64,000 nucleotides of DNA from Octopus sinensis (lineage: Eukaryota), in NCBI RefSeq assembly GCF_006345805.1, contig NC_043005.1, positions 7,130,001 through 7,194,000 on the forward strand. Reading direction: 5' to 3'. The translations under genes were made by a program, and so were the position numbers. Below the pieces are notes generated by a model that was not told the origin of the DNA, searched no databases, and saw nothing but the letters and a program-made list of their open reading frames with translations. Shown piece by piece: positions 52,588 through 64,000 of this stretch. Position 1 is the stretch's first letter, and each line of letters begins with the position of its first letter.

Positions 52588-53781
52588 TTGAAGTTGAATG
52601 GTTTAGCAGGAAGAAAGATGTCCAGATTTCTTAAAAGATTACTGTGCAAAATATTCTGAGAAAAAGCATTTTTTGCAACACAACAAAACAAACACACACA
52701 CACACACACACAGATGTCTCTGTGGTAACTTGAGCTACTACAAATAGCAACCAAATCTCTCTTAAAATATACCCTTTCATCAAAAGAAAGGCACAGATCT
52801 ACAGTATTTCAGGAAGAAAAGAAAAACCTATGCGATGGGTCTGCTTCAGAGGTAACTCTGGACTGAACAAAACACAGACAAACATACTTCACATTAAAAG
52901 ATTATCTACTAAATAATACTAATAAAGCTGACGGTGTATCTTCAAAGTTTCATTCCCTGGTAAAACTCGACGTATTTTAAACATTTTCTCATTATGCCCT
53001 ATCTAAGACATAAAGATTGTTCGGGCAGAGTTAGTTCCCTTAGCTAAAGACCTCAAAATTGTGCGACCTGACCTCATTTACAAGTTTATTTTTGTAGTAA
53101 AAATAGAGTCGCGCAAAAAACACTATAATTGGTAACCAAAAGATTACTGAATCTTTTGATACCTCATATGTCAAAACTGGCAACTCAGTTTTTGAATCCA
53201 TAACGAACATAGGCACACATAGAAACACTGTTTTATATATTAAGATAAATACAAAGGTATGTAATTACACATACACACTTACAAACATAAACAATTACAC
53301 GTGCTTGTATCATTTCACTAAATGTATACAATAGACGGCAATGTTACTTATTGCTTGCCCCTCCCATGTCAGAATTCAAATATATGTGTCTTTGCTTATC
53401 TTATATAGCTGCATGAATTTCCATAACTTTTTTATTGAGGTTAATATTTGCTTATTTATTCTTTCATCTTATCTTACTCATGATGGTAATTATCTTTATA
53501 TTTCAATTTTTAATCACTATTACCATATAACTACATATTTTGACCATATCATCATCATCATCATCATCTTAATAGCTCCTTTCCCATGTTTGTATGGGTC
53601 AGACAAAGTTGTCTGACCCATACAAGTTGCTATTTGTAGTAGCTCAAGTTATCACAGAGACACCTGTGTGTGTGTGTGTGTGTTTTGTTGTGTTGAAAAA
53701 ATGCTTTTTCTCAGAATATTTTGAACAGTAATTTTTAAAGAAATCTGGACATCTTTCTTACTGCTAACCATTCAACTTCAA
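52588..53781. repeat. Inverted pair of a ~160-bp repeat (52588-52751 and 53626-53781)
   Basis: Arms roughly 85-90% identical by eye. Confidence 0.85.
52850..53227 (-). pseudogene. Copy A, REJ C-terminal-like pseudo-exon
   Basis: Acceptor aaaacag; MDSKTELPVLTYEV...FWLP resembles REJ DxxxPLxYxF...LP. Confidence 0.4.
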
Positions 53782-53929
53782 AACAACCTGTTTCCAAGCA
53801 GGTTAATATTTCCCCATAGCCAGACATGTTCATGCAGAATAAATGATACTGCTTGTATGACAGTAACAATCATTTTAGAACTATTACATAAGATTAACAC
53901 AAGGAGATAAATACACACACACGAAAGAC

Positions 53930-54082
53930 ATATTTCAGATTCTGCCTACCAAATCCACTCACAAGGCGTTGGTTGGCCCCAGGCTATAGTAGAAGACACT
54001 TGCCCAAGGTGTCATGCAGTGAGACAGAACCTGGAACAATGTGGTTGGGAAGTCACCTATTTACCACACAGCCACACCTGGG
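53930..54082 (-). mobile_element. SINE head module
   Basis: Reverse complement of the 25958 head. Confidence 0.75.
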
Positions 54083-55229
54083 TATATATGTATATTTATA
54101 TATATTATTTAGACAACACTTGTATAGTAGAAAACACTTGTCCAAGTGAAATTGAACTTGGAATCATGTGGTTGGAAAGCAAACTTCTTACCATATAACT
54201 ATGCTTGTACTTCTCGCATAATTTTATGTTTCTGATAAGGCTTTTTTTTTTAAATACTATTATAAAAATGTACATATTTCAACAAGAATAGATTATATTT
54301 TAATACCCAATAGTGTAATCACACTGTTCAAATCTTCTGTTATGATCTGATTTTAATGTTCAAAAGATTATTGTTAATTAAAAACATGCTTAACTATTTA
54401 TAAACATACACATAAATGTTTGCAGCTGTACATATATAAACACACACACATACACATACATATGTATGTATATCATCTTCCTTGTCACCATCATTTTAAC
54501 ATCTGTTTTCCATGATGGTATGGGCTGGATGGTTTGACAAGTTCCAGTGAGCTACAAGGAAGCATGCTCCATGTCAGCTTTGGCATGGTTTCTACGACTA
54601 GATGCTCTTGCTGATGATGCCAGTTACTTTACAGTGCATACTGAGGGATTTTTTTTTTCTTGCCACCAGCACTAGCGGGGTTGCTAAGTAATTTGCAAGA
54701 CAAGAAAAGAGGGGGGAAAAGGAAGTAAAACCTCTTGACTTAAGTGGCAGAGTATTTGAGAGGGTGGTGAGGAGATTTTATGCCTGAGACTAACATAGGT
54801 GTCTTGCTGAAGAGAAGATACATGGGTGCACCACATTTATATAAGGTTGCGATAGAGTATCTAGGAAAAAGTGGAGATGGGTTGTCAGAGAAAAACCCTC
54901 AGGAAGCAAGAGACGACATGGGCAATGGATTAGGGGGGATAGTGACAAATAGTTAGATATTCGGGTAGAGGCAAATGCAATGACGGTGGGTGGGCTTGAT
55001 ACGAAATATCAATATGGGCAGGGAGTAGGAGGAGAGATAGGAGTGGCTCAGGAATGATAGTTCAAGGAATAGAAGATGATGAGCAAGGCATAGGAGCAGT
55101 GGAGTGGGAGATGTTGAAGTAGATAAAGGGTAGCTATACTGAGTGGGTGTGGTAGCAGACAAAAAAAGGGTACTATGAGTGATAACAGATATGCAAGGTG
55201 CTAAAAATGAAACATGAGGAAAGAAAAGG

Positions 55230-55480
55230 AGGGACAATAGAATGCAGCAGAGAATAGAATGTTGGTATAATGCTCTGTTTGAAGTTCATGTAGCCACAAA
55301 CGTCCCAGATAAATTCTTTATAGCCCCAGACAAATATTTCCCCCTTTCAAAGAGATATAGAAGGATATTCAATAAGCATTCTGTAAAATTTGCATACACT
55401 ACCACAGCTAATAGGGCTGATATTATAGCAGCTCACAATACAAGATAATTGAAAATCTTTGAAGCAAAAGAAAAGAACTA
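55230..55480 (+). mobile_element. Penelope-like element RT C-terminal fragment
   Basis: WYNALFEVHVATNVPDKFFIAPDKYFP...RIFNKHSVKFAY...IIAAHN resembles PLE WFNPPYSxNVxTNIG...DKHFP...KIFNRNTVKxSY...IIxxHN. Confidence 0.78.
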
Positions 55481-55734
55481 GTCCTTACTATGAACTTTTA
55501 AAACAGTCTGGGTTCACTTTTAATGAAATGAGTGTATCTAGTCCAGAGGAAGTGAGGGTTAATATGTAACATGTATCTAGTCAGAATACAGTGGGTGTTA
55601 ATCTACTGATATTTCATATAGAGAATAGTATTAATACTAATAAAATAAATGGAAACTTCTATAACTATAAGCTGAATGAACTATGTAATTGTAGGAACTA
55701 TAGTAATTGCCTCTTGGTCAACTGAGGAAAAATA

Positions 55735-55935
55735 TAGTTTATAAATGTTCTCTAACAACACTTGGTATAGTATATTGTAACATAGCTACAAAATCCCAAC
55801 TCCATAATCGCACTTCCTTAAATATAAAAGGAAATGTTACGTCATTAAGAAATTTCTGTGGAAACTCGAGGAGAATAATGTAAAATACTTTATCAAATGG
55901 TCTATAATAGAAAGCACTTTTCCATATCATGGAGA
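55735..55935 (-). pseudogene. Copy A, REJ-like pseudo-exon
   Basis: LEFPQKFLNDVTFPFIFKEV resembles REJ LxIxxxxLxxGxxYxFxLxV. Confidence 0.33.
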
Positions 55936-56518
55936 GAATTCTCTGTACACTTTGTACCTAGAGAAAGCTCTAGAACTCCTGAAATGTAACTCCAACTTAA
56001 AAAAATAAACATAATGAATTTTTGAGTCAATGCTCACATTTATACAGTAGACCATTCTTAGCATTTGCAAACAGAAATCTTAAATAATTAGCTTGCCTTA
56101 GTATAAACAGATAAATTCAATACCCTAGTTATGTTAACATTGAAGTTACCCATAATAATATATGAAATTCCACCCCCCACCCCCACTAACCTGAATTAGG
56201 GATAACTAATTTGATACTTGGTTCATATGCTAATGAGCCCCCTTCCTCATGTTTGTTTCACCAATTAGCTTATAAGCACTCCTTTCCTAACTATTTTGAA
56301 ATTCATCCCAATTGCCAATTATTTTCTATAATTTTTACAACTAGAATAATGTGGTTTATCCTTTCTTTAGAATATATTTTATTTAATAGACTTCTTTTTA
56401 ACTGTTGGTAATATGATTTCTTTTCTTTTAGTATATTTCATTGAATGATTGCAAACTTGAAATTCTCAAATAATCTAAATAAGCAATGTTTTTCCAGCAT
56501 GCACATGCACACACACAT

Positions 56519-56565
<47 letters not shown>

Positions 56566-57591
56566 AAACACACACACACACAAGCATATATATACATACA
56601 TCTATACTATTAAATGCACTCAAAGACATATATAAAAATATATGTACACATATAAATAATACAAAGAACAGATATATAAATTATAATATAGAAAAAAATT
56701 TAGCCACTATAAGATAATTGAGGACCAAGAAAAAAAGTGTAAACTATTCAGACAAGTACAAATTGAAAGAAATTTATAAGGAATTGTTAAAGAATACACA
56801 TAAATAGGGGGAATAATGAATAGAAAGACAAGTAGAAGATGATCAAATAATGCAATTCCTTTTATAGATCAGGTTAAACAGCATAATTAAAAACATAAAA
56901 ACTGACAAATAAGAAAACAGATTTACCTACACTGTTGTACATACATATATAAATACTTGTATACAAATGCTCATACGTACATATATATACATACACAATT
57001 CTCTATATAAATATATACATGCATTTATACAAGTGTATTTGAGCCTGAAGGACTGCATGGAGACACAAGACACTATATAAATCTGCTTATTGTGTTTCCA
57101 TGGCATGAAACTATCTATCTAAGTGAAGGAGCACCCTTAGATAGATACACATACATGAACACACACATACACACATATATATATATATATATCCAAATAA
57201 ATGCACACATTGACTAAAACAAATAACATGAAAGTACAAAGAAAACATGAATAAACTGAAAATATAAATCAAACGACCATGATAAACTGTAAATAAAACC
57301 TAACCCTAACTCTGAAAAAAAAACAAGAAAAGCATGAAAAATTTTTGTCAAATATCATTACCATATAGCTGTTCAAATGCAAGGAAACAAAGACCCATAT
57401 TTGAGAACTAAGAAAAGGATAGTAAATTGTACAAAAGAAAGAGAAGATAATAAAATAGTAGTCTTGTTTAACAAATAGAGTCCTCAGAATTTATTATGTA
57501 GAAGGGTTTTCTTAAGTCTGTGTCTACATCGCATAATTACCTCACCAAATTTATTTATAATGTTTTACCTATATTTCATGTAATGCAAAGC

Positions 57592-57624
<33 letters not shown>

Positions 57625-58499
57625 GTAATTATTAGATAAGAGCTGGGGAGGGAGAGGTGGTGTTGAGTGAAATGGGTAATCTTTTTTGTTTGAAATAATT
57701 GTTTTTTCCTGTTCTTTAGCCCATCTGTAACACTTTCATATGATTAGTTGAAGGGAAAGATGAAAAATGAAAGAAAAAGTAGAGAGAAAATGTAAGGTGA
57801 TGAGTGAGAAGGAAAGAGAAAGGTTGCTGTATATTAAGTTTAAAAAATTGTGCATAAAGTATATAAAGTGTATATGTAAGAGTATTAAATAATCATTGTA
57901 TTCCAATTTTCTTCAGTTTCTAATGATTGGCAGATACAGACACAACACAGGCTACACTGACACATTTTTATGATAAAGTTTCCAGAAATAACCCAATAAG
58001 TTTACCATTAATTCTGTGAAATACCCACAGGCCCTGCTAGTACATATGAATATATTTGTACATAAGACCCATCCTAACCAGTTAAGTAATGTCATGGTCT
58101 CCATCACATCTTCACCAGCAGCTCATCTTGCTCTCTTCTCCTGAAGTAGCCATGTATCTCCTTTACTGCAAAATACCTGTTTTTGACCCTCTTCATACTC
58201 TAACCTCTCACCACCTGACCCACTCAATGCTACTCCCTACTCAGTTGAGGAGCCTTATCTTGTAAGTTATTTGGTGACCTCATTGCTGCTAGTTCCACTT
58301 AAAAATATCTCAGTACATTCTGTAAAATGGTTGGCATTCAACCATAGAAACCATGTCAACAGACAAGAGAGCTTGGCAAAGCGATCTGACTTGTCAGCTC
58401 ATGTCAAACCATCCAACCCATGCCATCATGGAAAACAGATAGATAGATAGCCAACATCATTATTTAATGATGATATCTATGTATGTATGTATCTGTCTA

Positions 58500-58747
58500 T
58501 GGCTGGCTTCCATGCCGGTGGCACGTTAAAAGCACCAACCGATCGTGGCCGATGCCAGACACCTCTGGCACGTAAAAAGCACCCACTACACTCGCGGAGT
58601 GGTTGGCGTTAGGAAGGGCATCCAGCTGTAGAAACACTGCCAGATCAGACTGAAGCCTGGTGCAGCCCCCGGCTTCCCAGACCCCGGTCGAACCGTCCAA
58701 CCCGTGCTGGCACGGAAAACGGACGTTAAACATTGATGATGATGATA
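58500..58747 (+). mobile_element. RTE 3' end copy
   Basis: Family consensus with (GAT)n. Confidence 0.85.
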
Positions 58748-58759
58748 ATAAAAACAGAT

Positions 58760-59047
58760 GAACGGATTATATGGCATTGTTATAATGTTTCATTGAGAGA
58801 ATTTATTGTGATAATATTGTACTTGCAGGTATATAAGACATGCAACATCATTAAGATTATGCAATATGTTATACTGAATCTCTCAACTCTTCAGGCTTCA
58901 CCATAATGTAGGTAGGTAAATAATTGATATGCCATCAGATTAACATGTCTAACAACATGTAAACACCCAAAGCAAGAAATATCAACAGTTCAGGTATGGT
59001 AGAGGGTGAGAATATATCCAGTCAATCAAAATTATAGTTCAATTAAG
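58760..59047 (-). pseudogene. Copy A, REJ-like pseudo-exon
   Basis: Acceptor cgcttgcag; TVDISCFGC resembles REJ VxIxCxxNC; several stops. Confidence 0.4.
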
Positions 59048-59929
59048 CTGCAAGCGAAATTAACAACAAAAATGGGAAGAACAAAAAAACAGAAGAAAAG
59101 TTGAATGGCATATAATTACTCCATCCTCATTAAACCTAATGACTCTAAATAGAATCATACACTAGCAACAAAAAAAAATGATTATCTTAAGAGAACGGCA
59201 CCAAATTCAAACTCTGACTCCATCAATGCTTTAAAGTAAGATTCAGACACCATTTGCAAAAGAGACAATGTTTAAGTAAAATTGTGCAGCATATTTGAAG
59301 GAATGGAATATATAGGTAGATAAGATATGCACTGTTTAATTATTTTCTTAAATTTAATACAAACTAAAACCTTCAGTTTAATTATCACAGAATAAATGGA
59401 ATGAATACACTAGATTTAATTAAGAGTGATGATGCTAATTAGTGTATAGATAAAATATATCGAGGATTAATGCATAGAGATTTAAGAATATTTCCCAAAG
59501 AAATTCAGCAGAGAGAGAAAGAGAGAGAGAGGGAGAGAGAGAGAGAGTAAAGAAAGGGAAGAATTAACTCAATGAGGTAGCTATAACAATCGCAATAATA
59601 TTAACTGAATAAAGTAAAATAGAATACAATAAACTGATAAGGGAAAGAAAAAATATGATTGGCAAAATATAGCTGGTACGCACATAATTAAACATGAGCA
59701 AATTAAGTCTAAATAGTTAGTTATAAGTTTTAATTGTATCCAATTCATGAAAATATAAACTTAAGCTAGCTTAATTACCGGAAATTTCTAATAAATCTGT
59801 AAAACAGTTATTTTGAATCTATGAACTAAAACTATTGTAATCAACAGAAAGGAAAATACCCATACAAAAAAAAAAAAGAAATATAGATTAACCATGAACC
59901 CAAAAGTACCAAATTAGAACAATACTGTC

Positions 59930-60130
59930 CTATTTATTATAGACTAGCAAAGATATCCAGTGTTGCTCAAGATTAAAATGGTATAATTTGTATATATAAT
60001 ACAGTTATATTGAAACAGGTGTACGGGGAAAATGCAGCATTGACGAAAGATAAGCAAATGAACAAAATTGAAGCACATGTATGGAACTGCTAATCTAACA
60101 GTAAATGCCACAATTATTACAAAGAGGCAA
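59930..60130 (-). pseudogene. Copy A, REJ-like pseudo-exon
   Basis: LHFPRTPVSI*LYYIYKL resembles REJ LxIPxxxLxxGxYxF; weak. Confidence 0.28.
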
Positions 60131-60132
60131 AG

Positions 60133-60177
<45 letters not shown>

Positions 60178-60339
60178 GGATAAATTTCTTAATGTAAGGG
60201 TAAATATGTAATTGTAAATACTTTGCAACTGCTACGATAATTATTAAATGGTAATGGAGCAGTAAATGTGTATTTTTATATATACCTTGGACTTTGCCAC
60301 CTCATTAGTTTTTTTCAAGAGTTTTACTTCAAGCACTTA

Positions 60340-61245
60340 CATACATACATTCAAGCATGTCACTCATCACATGCAGATGTGTGCATGTGCGTTTAATAAC
60401 CTATGTAATACGGAAACACATGCACTCACAGATATATACACACTCATACACTCACAGATTCATATACAAAATATACTCATATGCAAAATGTGACGCCATC
60501 ATCATCTTCATATAAAATGTTCCTGACATACACTCACATACATATACTAAGATAGCCACTCAGAGACATACATTGATGCATGTCATTCATTACATATGTA
60601 TATGTATGTGTAGATGTGTGTGTATTTAATAACATACCTAATGCAGAAAGATATATACACGGTCATAGACTCAGACAGATACACATTCATATACAAAATG
60701 GGATGTCGTCGTTGTGGTATAAAATGTCCTGTTGACAATAGAAAGATTACCTCTATAAAATGTTATATTGTTTTAATGGAATGAAAATAAAATTTCATAT
60801 TGACACTGGCCAGCCCTCAGACAAACAGAGACATACATTCATGCATGTCAGTTATTACATATGTATACGTTTAAATGTGTGCATTTAATAACGTACCTAA
60901 CATAGAGAGACACACACACACTATGAGACATATACACACTCATACACTTACACATATACACTCACAGACAGATACACAGTCATATACAAAATGGGATGTC
61001 ATTGTCCTCATGGTATAAAATGTCCTGTTGACAATAGAATGATTATCTCTATGAAATGTTATATTCTTTTAATTGAAATGAAAATAAAATTTCTTACTAA
61101 CACTTACCAGCCCTCACATACATACCGTGTGTTTAATAATGTACCTAACATGGAAAGACACACACATACAGTGAAACATATACACACTCATACATTCACA
61201 GACAGATACAGTCATATACAAAATGTGACATCATCGTCGTTGGTC
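60340..61245. repeat. Diverged tandem array, ~4 units of ~230-290 bp
   Basis: Recurrent tttaataac..acctaa, catatacaaaatg.gatgtc and tataaaatgtcctgttgacaatagaa blocks. Confidence 0.8.
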
Positions 61246-61841
61246 ATCATCATGGTGGTTAGAATTAAAAATAAAAGTATAAGAGTGAAACTATATCACA
61301 TTACAAAATAGATCTTATTCTTTCATTTTTTTTCTTTGACTTTCCAAACATAATACCAAACCAGTGCCAATGTTGCATTGTTTTAATCTAAGTGACAAAA
61401 AACATTACATGTTGACACTTACGGGGGGGGGGGGGTTCTGATAGTATTACCATGTAAAATTTGATTTGATTTGGTTGAGCCATTTGAGAATGCATTGGGA
61501 ACAGATAGACAGAGAGACAAAGGGTTTGAGGGGATAATTTTAAGGGAGAAGAAGAAGAAGAACCACCACCACCACCACAACAACAACAAAATGAAGGAAG
61601 AAAGGTAAAGAAGTGGAAGGAAAAGAAGAGAAAAAGTAAATGAAATCAAGAAAAAATAAATATATAAAATAATAATAAAAAAATAAGATTAATAGTAATT
61701 GGGAACAGTGGGGGAAAGATTTAAGCCTATCAAGGACAACCAAATGGAAGGTTTACAAACCATCAGTATTCTTATGTTCTTGTCAAATTTGACCTGTGTG
61801 GTGAGGTCACCTATTCAGTTCTCACAGGTGGGATGGTGTGT

Positions 61842-61880
<39 letters not shown>

Positions 61881-62191
61881 TATATACACACATAAACAAA
61901 TAAAACTTATGTCTCTTGATTTTTACATATATATATACATGTATAAATATTAATATATACATATATATATACATGTACATATATGTATATGTATAAATAT
62001 AAATATATATGCATACATATATGTAATATATATATATATATATATATGTATATGTATAAATATACATACATATATGTATATGTATAAATATATATTATAT
62101 ATATATATATATACATACATGTATGTATATGTATAAATATAAATATACATACATATATGGGCGCAGGAGTGGCTATATACATACATATATA

Positions 62192-62592
62192 GGCGCAGGA
62201 GTGGCTGTGTGGTAAGTAGCTTGCTAACCAACCACATGGTTCCGGGTTCAGTCCCACTGTGTTGCATCTTGGGCAAGTGTCTTCTGCTATAGCCCCGGGC
62301 TGACCAATGCCTTGTGAGTGGATTTGGTAGACGGAAACTGAAAGAAGCCTGTCGTATATATGTATATATATATATGTATGTGTGTGTTTGTGTGTCTGTG
62401 TTTGTCCCCATAGCATTGCTTGACAACCGATGCTGGTGTGTTTACGTACCCGTCACTTAGCGGTTCGGCAAAAAGAGACCGATGGAATAAGTACTGGGCT
62501 TACAAAGAATAAGTCCCGGGGTCGATTTGCTCGACTAAAGGCGGTGCTCCAGCATGGCCGCAGTCAAATGACCGAAACAAGTAAAAGAGAAA
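62192..62592 (+). mobile_element. Full composite SINE
   Basis: Near-identical to 25958-26365; its first 14 nt (ggcgcaggagtggc) are duplicated at 62160. Confidence 0.9.
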
Positions 62593-62624
62593 GAGAGAGT
62601 ATATGTATATGTATAAATATATAA

Positions 62625-62665
<41 letters not shown>

Positions 62666-62878
62666 ATCCAAAAAATGGAACAAGAATGCAACAGACAACA
62701 ATCAAACATCCAGATAAATAGACAATGCGAAGATAGACAGAAAAGACAAAGATGAGTCATTTGCAGCCTCCTCCTCTCATCAGTCAAGTTACCAAATTAT
62801 CCTAAGATCATTAAATTTTGAGGGGAGAAAACAAGCAAATGTGTATGACAACAAAGGCAAAAAAACGAAGAACATGTT

Positions 62879-62927
<49 letters not shown>

Positions 62928-62930
<3 letters not shown>

Positions 62931-64000
62931 TCATCATCATCATCATTAGATGTCCACTTTCCATACTGGCATGGGTTAGACAGTTTGACTGGAATTGGTA
63001 AGCCAGAGAGTTGCACCAGGTTCCAGTCTGATTTGGTATGATTTCTATGGTTGGATGCTCTCCCTGATGCTAACCACTTGAAAAATGTAATGGGTGATTT
63101 TTATATGCCACTAGCATAGGTACCATTTGCATGACACCAGTGGCAGCCACGACTACAATTTCATGGGTTTCATTTACATGGCACTGGCAATGGTCATGAC
63201 AACAGTTTCACTTGACTTGATGAGTCTTTTCAAGCACGGCATATTGCCATGGTCTTGGTCACTTGTCATTGCCTCTGTGAGACCTGACATTCAAAGATCA
63301 TGCTTCACCACCTTGTCCCTCACTTCTGTGAGACTCAACATTCAAAGATCATCCTTCAGTAACTCATCCCTTGCTTCTATGAGGCCCAACATTTGAAGAC
63401 CACAATTACAATTTCACGGGTGGCATTTACATGAGACCAGCAACAGCCATGACTGCAATTTCACTTAGCTTGTTGAGTGTTCTGAAGCACACCATAACAC
63501 CAAAGGTCTCAGTCACTAATCATCAGTTCCATGAGGCCCAACATTCAAAGATCATGCTTCACCACCTGATCCAATGTCTTCCTGGGTTCACCTATTCCGT
63601 AGGTTCCCTCCACAGTAAGAGATCGGCACTTCTTTACACAGCTGTTCTCCATATGCATCACATACCAGTGCATTCATCTTTCTTGAATACCACATCTGAT
63701 GCCTCTTGTGCCCAGTTTTTCTCTCAGCACACTTATGCTGTCACTCATGTACAATGACATTGCACATCCAGTGAAGCATACTAGCTTCCTTTCTTTCAAG
63801 CTCTCTGAACTTTGCCCTGCCTATTCTTCTAGCAGAATATCCACTTCCACTACTGACTTGGTTACTAAGATAACAGAAGCTATCAACTACTTCTCGGTAT
63901 CCCACTTGGTATTTGATGGAGTCTACTTTCTTTACATTTTTAGTGTCTATTGTACCTGTGCACCTGCCTGATATTGCTGCACCTCTCGTGTTCATAGCTT
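62928..64000 (-). mobile_element. Older RTE LINE copy (ORF remnant, UTR with ~48-bp repeats, (CAT)n), runs off the window
   Basis: EVVDSFCYLSNQVSS...AKFREL...EASMLHWMCNV matches the 31.2-kb copy. Confidence 0.82.

Overview
Eukaryotic, very AT-rich, microsatellite- and transposon-dense window. The repeat repertoire (tRNA-derived SINEs, RTE LINE tails ending in (GAT)n, Penelope fragments, long (TA)n tracts) points to a coleoid cephalopod, probably Octopus; this is inference. I see no intact protein-coding gene, and most entries in the ORF track are translations of microsatellites or TE fragments. By-eye translation of the minus strand shows two tandem, heavily decayed polycystin-1-like (PKD1L/PKDREJ-type) genes. 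Copy A (~18.1-60.1 kb) has remnants in canonical order: REJ, GPS, TM1, PLAT, TM2-6, TOP, then the TRPP-type channel S2-S6. Copy B (~0.8-13.5 kb) runs from GPS through PLAT and TOP to the channel. Both carry many stops and frameshifts, and copy A has TE insertions among its coding remnants. The introns hold over 20 RTE 3'-end copies, several SINE families, CR1-group and Penelope fragments, one mariner, piggyBac MITEs, two Helitrons and a Merlin/hAT-like MITE. They also hold many inverted structures, including a near-perfect ~390-bp inverted duplication and five fold-back hairpins next to (TA)n tracts. All protein alignments were made by eye against remembered family motifs, pseudo-exon boundaries are approximate, and everything needs HMM/tBLASTn confirmation.
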